The notes beneath the pieces are model-generated. The model was not told the origin of the DNA and did not search any database. It worked only from the letters and a program-made list of their open reading frames with translations. Shown in pieces: positions 56,953 to 64,000 of a DNA stretch of 64,000 nt (positions within the stretch are counted from its first letter, which is position 1; each line of letters opens with the position of its first letter). Position numbers and translations under genes: made by a program. Source of the stretch: Acutalibacteraceae bacterium (GTDB lineage: Bacteria > Bacillota > Clostridia > Oscillospirales > Acutalibacteraceae); assembly GCA_045642685.1 (NCBI GenBank), contig JAZUJI010000056.1, positions 1,696-65,695 of the forward strand. Reading direction: 5' to 3'.

Positions 56953-57711
56953 TTATGCCAGATACAGAGCTACTCGGTCGAGTATTCTGTTCAGGTTGTC
57001 TATCATGTTGATCATGCCGCGCATCTCAATGGAGCCTTCACCGATGCAGGCAACGGCGTTGACTTTGCCGTCAAACAAATCACGGGCAAGGTCAATGCTT
57101 TCAAATCTCATCAAAGCTCTGGGGTTCTCACAGGCCTTTTTGATGGTGACAAGTTTGTGATCCTTGACACGGATGGTGGCGGCAGGACCGTCCTTGATGC
57201 CGAAGGCGATTTCACCGTCGGGAATCAGGTGAGCGGAGAACTTGCCGATTTCATCGTTGTTGGCGATCTGAGCCAAAGCGACGGAGATGGTGTAGAACAT
57301 CAGCTTTGTGCTGATCTCAAAGAATTCACGGTCTTCAAGGTCTTTGGGGTCGGGGCGCATGAAAGCGGTCAGACGATCGGTCAGAGCGGTGAAGGTCTTG
57401 AGCAGGAAACCGATGTGGGTAAGGCCCTTGGTGGGGATGGGGGTAACGGTTCCGTCAAACAAGCCGTTGAATTTTTCGCAGGAAGCGAAGGGGATTTTGA
57501 TGGTGCAGTCACCCAGACCCTGTTCAAGACGGCATTTGCCGTTCTTGAAGTAAAGAGTGGCTTTCGGACCGCCGGCCACATCGAAGCCGATGGAGATCGG
57601 TTTCTGGTTTGAAAGCATTGCGCTTGAAGCGGTATCAAGCTCGCAAAGGTTTTCAAGAGTGCCGAAAATAGCATACATATTGATGTATGCCATTGTTCTT
57701 GAATCTGTCAA
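56953..57711 (-). CDS. Hypothetical protein, suspected tandem SCP2-like. Paralog of 52908-53723.
   Basis: Aligns by eye along its whole length with the 52908 protein (for example ALMRFESIDLARDLFDGKVNAVACIGEGSIEMRG versus FTLRFDSFKSALGTLLGTDDMLDATKNGRIIMDG). The start was set to TTG at 57711, 8 nt after AAGGAGG; the ORF-track ATG at 57756 has no SD. Confidence 0.5.
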   Translation of the reverse strand: MTDSRTMAYINMYAIFGTLENLCELDTASSAMLSNQKPISIGFDVAGGPKATLYFKNGKCRLEQGLGDCTIKIPFASCEKFNGLFDGTVTPIPTKGLTHIGFLLKTFTALTDRLTAFMRPDPKDLEDREFFEISTKLMFYTISVALAQIANNDEIGKFSAHLIPDGEIAFGIKDGPAATIRVKDHKLVTIKKACENPRALMRFESIDLARDLFDGKVNAVACIGEGSIEMRGMINMIDNLNRILDRVALYLA

Positions 57712-57779
57712 AGCACATTCCTCCTTGCAAGACGCATGATAATTTTGTGCTTGCACACTGCGTCTAATATATCATTCTG

Positions 57780-57809
57780 ATTTTACCAAATAATTGCATG
57801 GCTTGTCAA
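57780..57809 (-). promoter_or_regulatory. Sigma-A-type promoter (TTGACA-18 nt-TAAAAT) for the five-gene operon
   Basis: The reverse complement of 57804-57809 is TTGACA and of 57780-57785 is TAAAAT. It is followed by a leader hairpin at 57730-57765. Confidence 0.55.
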
Positions 57810-57845
57810 TCGTTTTAGACGATATTCACAAATATTTTAATAATA

Positions 57846-59240
57846 TCACACGGCTTCCTCTGCTTTTTCTCCGTCCGGCTTCATCGTCACATCCCGGATC
57901 CAGCGGAACCGGTTCACCTTTACGGCGGCAACGGCGCATTTTGTCACCTGGTCGGATTTGAGGCAGGCGAAGGTCACGGCAGGCGGCCACTTGAAAACAA
58001 AGGCGGAAAGCAGCGAAAGCGGCAGGACAATGCCCCACATGAAAATTAAATCGTTGCGGAACACGAAGCCGGTATCACCGCCGGCGCACACGATGCCGGT
58101 CAGGCACGGACATTCATAGGCGGTGCCCACGGTGGTGACGCACAAAATGGTCATGAACAAATTCGCCAGTGCCTTGGTCGGTGCGCTGACCTCCTTGTAG
58201 AACAGCAAAAACAGCGGTCGGGAGAAAAACAAAACCGCACCCGAAGCAAGCCCGATCAAAAGGAACAGCACCTGAAGGGTTTTCGCATACTGCTTGACCA
58301 AATCAAGCTTGTTCTCCCCGATGGTTTTGCCGATAATGACCGAAGCTGCATTTCCGGCAGCATAAAGCACAACGCTGATGAGTTGGAAGACGGTGGCGGC
58401 AATGGAGTTGGCACTCAGCACCGATTCCGAGCCTAAGTGGCCGAGGATAACACCCTGTATCGCCATGGCGATACCCCAGCTCAGCGAAGAAAGCGTCAGC
58501 GGAAAACCGACCTTAAAGAACAGGCGGATATAGGATTTTTCAACATAGAAAAAGTGGCGGAGCTTCAGCCGCAGCGTTTTTTCAACGCCGAATACATAAA
58601 CAAGCACCACGGCAAACTCGATCAGCCGGGAGGTGAGCGTTGCGATAGCGGCACCACGGATCCCCATGGGCGAAAAGCCGAGATGGCCGTAAATCAGGAC
58701 ATAGTTGAGAAATACATTGGAAAGGAGTGCCGACAGGGAAACAAAAAAGCCGATACGCACTTTTTCGATGCTTCGCATTAAGGCGAGCAGAAGCTGCGTC
58801 ACAAGAAAGAACGGGTAGGAAAAGCAGGTGATCAGCAGGTAGGGGATCCCTTCGTTGACAACGGCGGTCTGGTCGGTCAGAAGGGAAAGGGCTGCCCGGG
58901 GAAAGAACAGCACCGCACCGAACAGAACCAGCACAAACGCCATGCCGATGGCAAGCGTCACACCGAAACAGCGGCGAATGGGCGTCAGCTCTTTTTTGCC
59001 CCAGTATTGAGCGGTCAGAACGATCAGACCGTTGGAAAAGCCGATGGCGATCATCTGCACCAGAAACTGGATCTGATTGACGACCGAAACAGCACTGAGC
59101 GACAGCTCACTGTAGCTGCCGATCATGACATTATCTGCCAGATTAACAGCGCAGACGATGACATTCTGCAAAGAGATTGTCATCGCCATTGAAAAAAACA
59201 TTTTATAAAATTGTTTATCTTTCACAAGGAATTTTTTCAT
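57846..59240 (-). CDS. MATE-family efflux transporter
   Basis: ~460 aa, 12 TM, with a typical N-terminal FYKMFFSMAMTISLQNVI pattern. Confidence 0.85.
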   Translation of the reverse strand: MKKFLVKDKQFYKMFFSMAMTISLQNVIVCAVNLADNVMIGSYSELSLSAVSVVNQIQFLVQMIAIGFSNGLIVLTAQYWGKKELTPIRRCFGVTLAIGMAFVLVLFGAVLFFPRAALSLLTDQTAVVNEGIPYLLITCFSYPFFLVTQLLLALMRSIEKVRIGFFVSLSALLSNVFLNYVLIYGHLGFSPMGIRGAAIATLTSRLIEFAVVLVYVFGVEKTLRLKLRHFFYVEKSYIRLFFKVGFPLTLSSLSWGIAMAIQGVILGHLGSESVLSANSIAATVFQLISVVLYAAGNAASVIIGKTIGENKLDLVKQYAKTLQVLFLLIGLASGAVLFFSRPLFLLFYKEVSAPTKALANLFMTILCVTTVGTAYECPCLTGIVCAGGDTGFVFRNDLIFMWGIVLPLSLLSAFVFKWPPAVTFACLKSDQVTKCAVAAVKVNRFRWIRDVTMKPDGEKAEEAV

Positions 59241-59255
59241 GGTTTGCCGCCTTTA

Positions 59256-60227
59256 TTATTTTGTTCGCCGGGTGTCAAGCACTTTTTCCATTGCCTTTTC
59301 GATCACACGGTCATTGCGCTTCATGGGGTATTCCTTGGCTGTTTCGATGAGCATATCGGAGAGCATTTCACCGCGAAGCGCATCGACATAACGGGTGCGG
59401 TAATGGGTGTAGTTGTTGACATCGCCTTTTTTCGCATCGGAGCGGACGACCAAAAAGATGTATTCGTCCGTTTCGATAACGGTCGGCTTGTTGTAGGCGA
59501 GTGAGGCGACCTTTTTCAGGAAGCCCTCCGGGTAGGCGGAGCTGTTGACGGAAACAAAAATCGGGCTGACCTCAATGTCATCGTTCACCTGCGCCAGGGT
59601 AACACCCTCGTACATACGGTTGCGCTTGGTGTAAAATTCCGTGCGCAGGTCCGCCAGCTCCCGCCACGGCAGCTCAACGGTTTTGCCGTTTTCATCCTGC
59701 GTGGTCAGATAGCCGACGATCGCCTGAAATTCGACATAATTCTGGTCAAAGTAATATTCGATTTCCTCCTCGGAAACCTCGTATTCACTGCCTTCACCGA
59801 AATAGTACAGGAGCAGAGCCGTGCGGTATTGCTCCACGGCTTCGATCTTGCCGATCGTGGTTTTGCTGATACCGGCTTTGGTGTAATGCCCGCCGTAAAG
59901 CCGCCAACATTCTTCGCTGTCGTCCGATATGGCCTTGCGGCTTTCTGCATCAAGCTTGAGCGAAATCTGCTCAAACATGGTGGTTGCGCCGACATAGCGG
60001 CAGCACAAATCAACGGCACGCTCCACAAGAGCATCCGTGTCGCTTAAATCGGCACCGCTTTTTTCGGCTTCGCTGTAGGCGGCATCCAGATAGTAGGCAA
60101 AAACCTCATTGTCCACTTCGGCTTTTCCGATGGTCAGAGCCGTTTTTTTGCGCGGAGCGGCAGAACAGGCAGTGAACACCGGCAAAAGCATGGTCAGAAG
60201 CAGAATAACGGACAGAATTTTTTTCAT
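59256..60227 (-). CDS. Hypothetical lipoprotein (possibly a SurA-N/PrsA-like chaperone fold)
   Basis: Lipobox LLPVFTAC after MKKILSVILLLTM. The start was moved to the ATG at 60227, which overlaps the gtrA-like stop as ATGA. The functional guess is weak. Confidence 0.6.
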   Translation of the reverse strand: MKKILSVILLLTMLLPVFTACSAAPRKKTALTIGKAEVDNEVFAYYLDAAYSEAEKSGADLSDTDALVERAVDLCCRYVGATTMFEQISLKLDAESRKAISDDSEECWRLYGGHYTKAGISKTTIGKIEAVEQYRTALLLYYFGEGSEYEVSEEEIEYYFDQNYVEFQAIVGYLTTQDENGKTVELPWRELADLRTEFYTKRNRMYEGVTLAQVNDDIEVSPIFVSVNSSAYPEGFLKKVASLAYNKPTVIETDEYIFLVVRSDAKKGDVNNYTHYRTRYVDALRGEMLSDMLIETAKEYPMKRNDRVIEKAMEKVLDTRRTK

Positions 60228-60682
60228 GAATCGTTTCTTCTTTCGTTTTCCGCTTGTGCGGCTTTGTTGGTGTTGATGCTGTTGCGGTACACCACAAAAC
60301 GGCAGAAGAGGAATTCGGTGGTTAAGTTGATGAGCATGGTAAACGCCAGAACGAGGTACTCGTTCCAGTGCGCCGATTCCGTCAGCGCATCGCCCCACCA
60401 GGTCGAAAGCGGCGTGAACACGCAGTAGTACGCAGCGACCTTCAGCATGGCGATGGGGACATTGGTGGCGGATTTGAATGTGAAGCGGCGGTTGACCGTG
60501 AAGTTATACAGCACGGACAGCACCAGCGCCGGCAAATAGGCGTACCAGTACTTGAAATGGAACACTTCATTGAGCAGCGTAAAGGTAATCGTTTGAATAA
60601 TACCGGCTCCGGCAGAAAACGCAACAAACTTTGCCACCTGCACCAGTGTTTGCTTCGGGGTCAGCTTGGATTGGCTTGACAT
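60224..60682 (-). CDS. GtrA-family membrane protein
   Basis: ~150 aa, 4 TM, with the FVAFSAGAGIIQTITFTLL ... NFTVNRRFTFK pattern. Confidence 0.82.
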   Translation of the reverse strand: MSSQSKLTPKQTLVQVAKFVAFSAGAGIIQTITFTLLNEVFHFKYWYAYLPALVLSVLYNFTVNRRFTFKSATNVPIAMLKVAAYYCVFTPLSTWWGDALTESAHWNEYLVLAFTMLINLTTEFLFCRFVVYRNSINTNKAAQAENERRNDS

Positions 60683-61608
60683 GACGGTTCGTCACACCTT
60701 TCGATAGCTTTGTCGAAGAATGCGATAAGATCTCTGTAAAATTCTTCACGGCAGTATTCGTTGAACAATTCGTGCCGTGCTTTCGGGTAAGTGCGAAGGC
60801 TGACATTTTGCAGACCGTGTTTTTTGTAAACACGAGCCAGCTTGACGGCACCGGAGGATTTGTGCCCGCCGATGGGGTCATCCTCACCGGAAAAGATGCC
60901 GACCGGAATGTCCTTTTTGATTTTTTCAAGGTTTTTATCGGTGTAAAGCCGACCGAACGATTTGAGCATCGACCAGTCGAAGTTGATGCTCACGGCAATG
61001 TCGGTCAGCGGGTCATCCAGATATTCCCGGCGGCGTTCCGGGTCGCTCATCACCCACTGCGCCGGACCTTTATCCCCTTTGTATTTGAAGCTGAACAGCA
61101 GATTGCTCGCTTTGTTGACAAAGGACGGACGCCAGTTTTTGGCGACCAGCTCAAGCGGTAAAAGCAGCCCCAGACCTGCCTGCTTTCCGTTCATACAGGC
61201 GGTACCGGTCAAGGCAACGGCGCAGGCTTCCGTTTCGCTTTCGAGAAAAGCCTGACCCAGAAAAGAACCGTAGCTGTGACCCACAAAAACGGTGGGCAGA
61301 TGATAACGAAGCGTGAGAATGTGGTTGAAGCAAACCAAGTCACGCAGCGTGCGGTCGAAAATATCGCCCTTGTGGCGGCCACGGTTTTCGTCGGTTTCGG
61401 TCTTGCCGTGGGCACGGTGGTCATCGGCAAAAACGATGTATCCGGCGGCGTTGAGCTTCCTTGCCATTTCATCGTACCGTCCGGCGTGCTCACACATACC
61501 GTGGGAAATCTGCGCAACGGCCTTGGGGTTTTCGACTTCATCCCAAAGGTAGCCGTGAATCGGCAGCCCGTTAAAGCCGGGCATCGTAATTTCTTTCATT
61601 GAAATCAA
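60661..61608 (-). CDS. Alpha/beta hydrolase, lysophospholipase / monoacylglycerol-lipase-like
   Basis: HGMCEHAGRY, nucleophile elbow GHSYGS, and C-terminal ARHE (His). ATGA overlap with the upstream MFS gene. Confidence 0.8.
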   Translation of the reverse strand: MISMKEITMPGFNGLPIHGYLWDEVENPKAVAQISHGMCEHAGRYDEMARKLNAAGYIVFADDHRAHGKTETDENRGRHKGDIFDRTLRDLVCFNHILTLRYHLPTVFVGHSYGSFLGQAFLESETEACAVALTGTACMNGKQAGLGLLLPLELVAKNWRPSFVNKASNLLFSFKYKGDKGPAQWVMSDPERRREYLDDPLTDIAVSINFDWSMLKSFGRLYTDKNLEKIKKDIPVGIFSGEDDPIGGHKSSGAVKLARVYKKHGLQNVSLRTYPKARHELFNEYCREEFYRDLIAFFDKAIERCDEPSCQANPS

Positions 61609-63107
61609 TCCTCATTTTCTTCTCTTGCTTTTTCGGCGGCGGCTTCGACCCAGCCCGTGTCCGCTTCACCGTGCTTGACAAACAGGATGCAGAGAATGGC
61701 AAGCAGGAATGCGATTGGAGAATAGTAGAACAGGGACATATAGCTGCCGGAGAACATACGGACGATACCGTAGAGAATGGGAGAGGCGATCTGAGCGGAG
61801 AAGGTGGCAGTATAGTAGTAGCCGGTGAAAGTGCCGACTTTATCCTGACCGCCGATTTCCAGCACGAGCGGCAGCGTGTTGACGGTGATGAACATATTGG
61901 CGGCACCGCCCAGGATCAGGGCGACCCAGATAAGTGCAAAGCTGCGGGTGACGACATAGAGCAGGAACACAATCATGAACACAGCCAAGCCGAGAAGGAT
62001 AGTCTTTTTGCGGCCGATTTTGACCCCGAGCTTGCCGGCGGGCAAAGCGGCGATGGCAGAGCAGACGGCGAAAATTGCCATCATAATGGTTGCGTCCTTG
62101 GTCTCCTTGCCGAGTACCTCAGCGGCGAACAGGGCAAAGAAAGTGGTGATGGCGTTGGTGCCGCAGAACAGGAAAAACAGACCTGCGAGCATGGCAATAA
62201 GGCTTTTGCGTTCGCTGCCGGAAAGCTTTTCCGCCTTGCGGGCGGTGCGTTCGGCTTTTTCTGCTTCTTTTTCTGCCTTGCGTCTGGCGGCGGCATCCTG
62301 TGTACGGTTGTTTTCGCCCTGAACAAGCAGACGGCTGTCCTCTTCCTCAACACGAATACGAACCACCAGCATACCGATGAGCATGACCACCGAACCGGTG
62401 ATGAAAACATAGGGGAAGGTTTGTTCTTCGGTGAAATTGCCCTGACCGAGGATGAGTACCATAACGGCGGTAACAATGGTGCCTGCGACCATGCCGATGA
62501 AGCCGCCGACACCGCCCATGAGGTTGATGATGGCATTGCCCCGGCTGCGCATTTCGGGCGGAGTCAGGTCGGGCATCAGGGCAACAACGGGCGCACGCCA
62601 CAGAGACATGACAAAAACAAAGAGGATGATCAGCGTCATCGTGGCGGCGAGAGAACCGGTGAGCGCCACAAAAGGAATGGCGGCGAAGAGCAAAGCGGAG
62701 ATCGGTGCGCCGAACATGATGAACGGACGGCGTTTGCCGAGTTTGGAGTGGCAGCGGTCAGACAGCTTGCCGAAGGTCGGCTGAAAAATAACGCCGAAAA
62801 TGTTGTCAAAGGTCATGATAATGCCGATGAACAGCGGCACAAGGGTGATCCCGCCGGCGGCGGTGCTGACATCGTTGCCCTGCGTTTTGGCAAATTCCGC
62901 CAGAACAGGGAACATGGCGTTGAGCTTGCTGCTCCATGCCGTGATGGTGGCGGAATCGGTGAGCAGACGGTTGAGAATTTTGGTTATGTACGGGTCGTAG
63001 ATCGCCCAGGCAATCGAGGTTGCCATGAAGCCGAAGCCCGTGAGGATCGTGCGTGCGGCGCTGAACTCACCGTTCGGCGCACAAAAATACTTCTTTTGTT
63101 TTTCCAT
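61605..63107 (-). CDS. MFS-type transporter with a charged insertion in the central loop
   Basis: About 12 TM. The central loop is EEEDSRLLVQGENNRTQDAAARRKAEKEAEKAERTARKAEK. Confidence 0.78.
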   Translation of the reverse strand: MEKQKKYFCAPNGEFSAARTILTGFGFMATSIAWAIYDPYITKILNRLLTDSATITAWSSKLNAMFPVLAEFAKTQGNDVSTAAGGITLVPLFIGIIMTFDNIFGVIFQPTFGKLSDRCHSKLGKRRPFIMFGAPISALLFAAIPFVALTGSLAATMTLIILFVFVMSLWRAPVVALMPDLTPPEMRSRGNAIINLMGGVGGFIGMVAGTIVTAVMVLILGQGNFTEEQTFPYVFITGSVVMLIGMLVVRIRVEEEDSRLLVQGENNRTQDAAARRKAEKEAEKAERTARKAEKLSGSERKSLIAMLAGLFFLFCGTNAITTFFALFAAEVLGKETKDATIMMAIFAVCSAIAALPAGKLGVKIGRKKTILLGLAVFMIVFLLYVVTRSFALIWVALILGGAANMFITVNTLPLVLEIGGQDKVGTFTGYYYTATFSAQIASPILYGIVRMFSGSYMSLFYYSPIAFLLAILCILFVKHGEADTGWVEAAAEKAREENED

Positions 63108-63124
63108 AACATTTTTCCTTTCTC

Positions 63125-64000
63125 TCAGCTGAGGAAGCCCTCAATAATCACCTGCTCCGCTTCCTCGGGGGTCATACCCAGAGTGCAAAGCTTGGTAAGC
63201 TGGTCGTTGTTAATGCGCCCGATGGCGGCTTCATGCACAATTTGCGCATCGCAATGGTTGGCAGAGATTTCGGGGATGGAGCGGATCTTGGAACGGTTCA
63301 TAATAATGGAATCGCATTGCACATGCGCCCGGCAGCGGTTGTTGCCGACTGCTCTGGGGTAGAAAATCTGCTCGGAGGTGTCTTTTGCGACCGAACGGGA
63401 AATGATCTGAGCGGAAGCATCCTCGCCGTTGAGGTTGATGATCACATCGGAGCGTGCGGTTTGTGCGCCGTGCGTCATCAGCCGTTCGGTGATGAGCAGC
63501 TTTGCGTTTTTGTCAAGGTTGGCAACGGTGCTGCGTGCGGTGGAATCCACACCCTTGATCTGCACCATTTCCATTTCACATTCGGCACCCTCATCCATAT
63601 AGACTTCCGTGACGGGGTTGAGGATCCTTGCGCCGTTTCCGCTGCCCTCACCGTAGTGCTTTTCGACATAAGTCACTTTGGCGTTTTTGCCGATGTGGAA
63701 GCGGTGGATCCCGTCGTGGCGGCTGTCGCAGTCACCGTCGTTATGAATTCCGCAGCCTGCAACAATGTTTACTTCAGCACCTTCGCCGATATAGAAATCG
63801 TTGTAAACAACATCGTTCATGCCGCTTTCGGTGACGATGACGGGGATATGCACGGCTTCGTGTTTGGTGAACGGCATGACCTTGATGTCGATGCCCGGTT
63901 TGTCCTTTTTCGGCTCAATAGTGATGTGTTCGGTTGAACTTCTGCCTGCACTTTCGCCGTTGCGGCGGATGTTGAATGCACCCACGCTCGGCAAATCGGT
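63125..64000 (-). CDS. SufB/SufD-family Fe-S cluster assembly protein, 5' end outside the window
   Basis: Beta-helix repeats and the C-terminal LGMTPEEAEQVIIEGFLS. The reading frame stays open up to position 64000, and the ORF-track start at 63994 is only a TTG. Confidence 0.8.
   Translation of the reverse strand, partial: TDLPSVGAFNIRRNGESAGRSSTEHITIEPKKDKPGIDIKVMPFTKHEAVHIPVIVTESGMNDVVYNDFYIGEGAEVNIVAGCGIHNDGDCDSRHDGIHRFHIGKNAKVTYVEKHYGEGSGNGARILNPVTEVYMDEGAECEMEMVQIKGVDSTARSTVANLDKNAKLLITERLMTHGAQTARSDVIINLNGEDASAQIISRSVAKDTSEQIFYPRAVGNNRCRAHVQCDSIIMNRSKIRSIPEISANHCDAQIVHEAAIGRINNDQLTKLCTLGMTPEEAEQVIIEGFLS

Noticed and set aside
55660-57612. A 650-aa plus-strand ORF, together with nested ORFs, opposite the aminotransferase and SCP2-like genes
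   Set aside because: Its composition is low complexity (G/V/A/D-rich), with no SD and no recognisable motifs. It lies fully antisense to genes with clear family signatures. This is a typical shadow ORF in GC-rich coding DNA.
61599-63362. A 587-aa plus-strand ORF antisense to the MFS and sufB/D-like genes
   Set aside because: It spans two convergently organised real genes, has a G/E/D/H-rich nonsense composition, and has no SD.
1-64000. A scan for CRISPR arrays, long tandem repeats, rRNA/tRNA genes and known defence or mobile-element genes
   Set aside because: No regularly spaced direct repeats, no tRNA-like cloverleaf regions in the intergenic spacers, and no Cas, RT, integrase, transposase or restriction-modification signatures were recognised by eye. 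A computational scan (tRNAscan-SE, Infernal, PADLOC/DefenseFinder) would be needed to make this definitive.

Overview
This is a 64-kb chromosomal segment, roughly 55% GC by eye, from a spore-forming Clostridia-type Firmicute. The taxon call is inference only: cotJABC, an AbrB-like regulator, ymdB, a class B sortase and a dockerin-bearing S8 protease point towards Oscillospiraceae/Ruminococcaceae. I support about 55 protein genes.

Gene content in order:
- nifZ-thiI-cinA, then a sortase-B-like gene.
- A visibly lower-GC two-gene flavoprotein/Fe-S module.
- cotJABC and ldhA.
- A small AT-rich islet with an orphan XRE regulator.
- Two cytoplasmic GH38 mannosidases, a large S8 protease, ymdB and recG.
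- ppa, and an ABC exporter-DUF1854-darA operon.
- glgBCDA.
- An ArsR-regulated Zn/Cd P-type ATPase.
- A five-gene transketolase/aminotransferase operon.
- MATE and MFS transporters, and a partial sufB/D-type gene at the right edge.

I saw no rRNA, tRNA, CRISPR array, transposase, integrase or recognisable defence gene.

The best candidate for an undescribed system is the self-contained minus-strand operon at 52.9-57.8 kb: a split transketolase and a HemL-like class-III aminotransferase, bracketed by two paralogous SCP2-like proteins. Secondary leads:
- The ABC(N-terminal zinc-ribbon domain)-DUF1854-DarA operon.
- The low-GC CrtI-like/ferredoxin-reductase pair.
- Two well-signalled unannotated small ORFs (47 and 48 aa) with palindromic operators.
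- A 370-bp structured convergent intergenic region.
- Several unusual domain architectures.

All functional calls come from motif recognition by eye. No database search was run.
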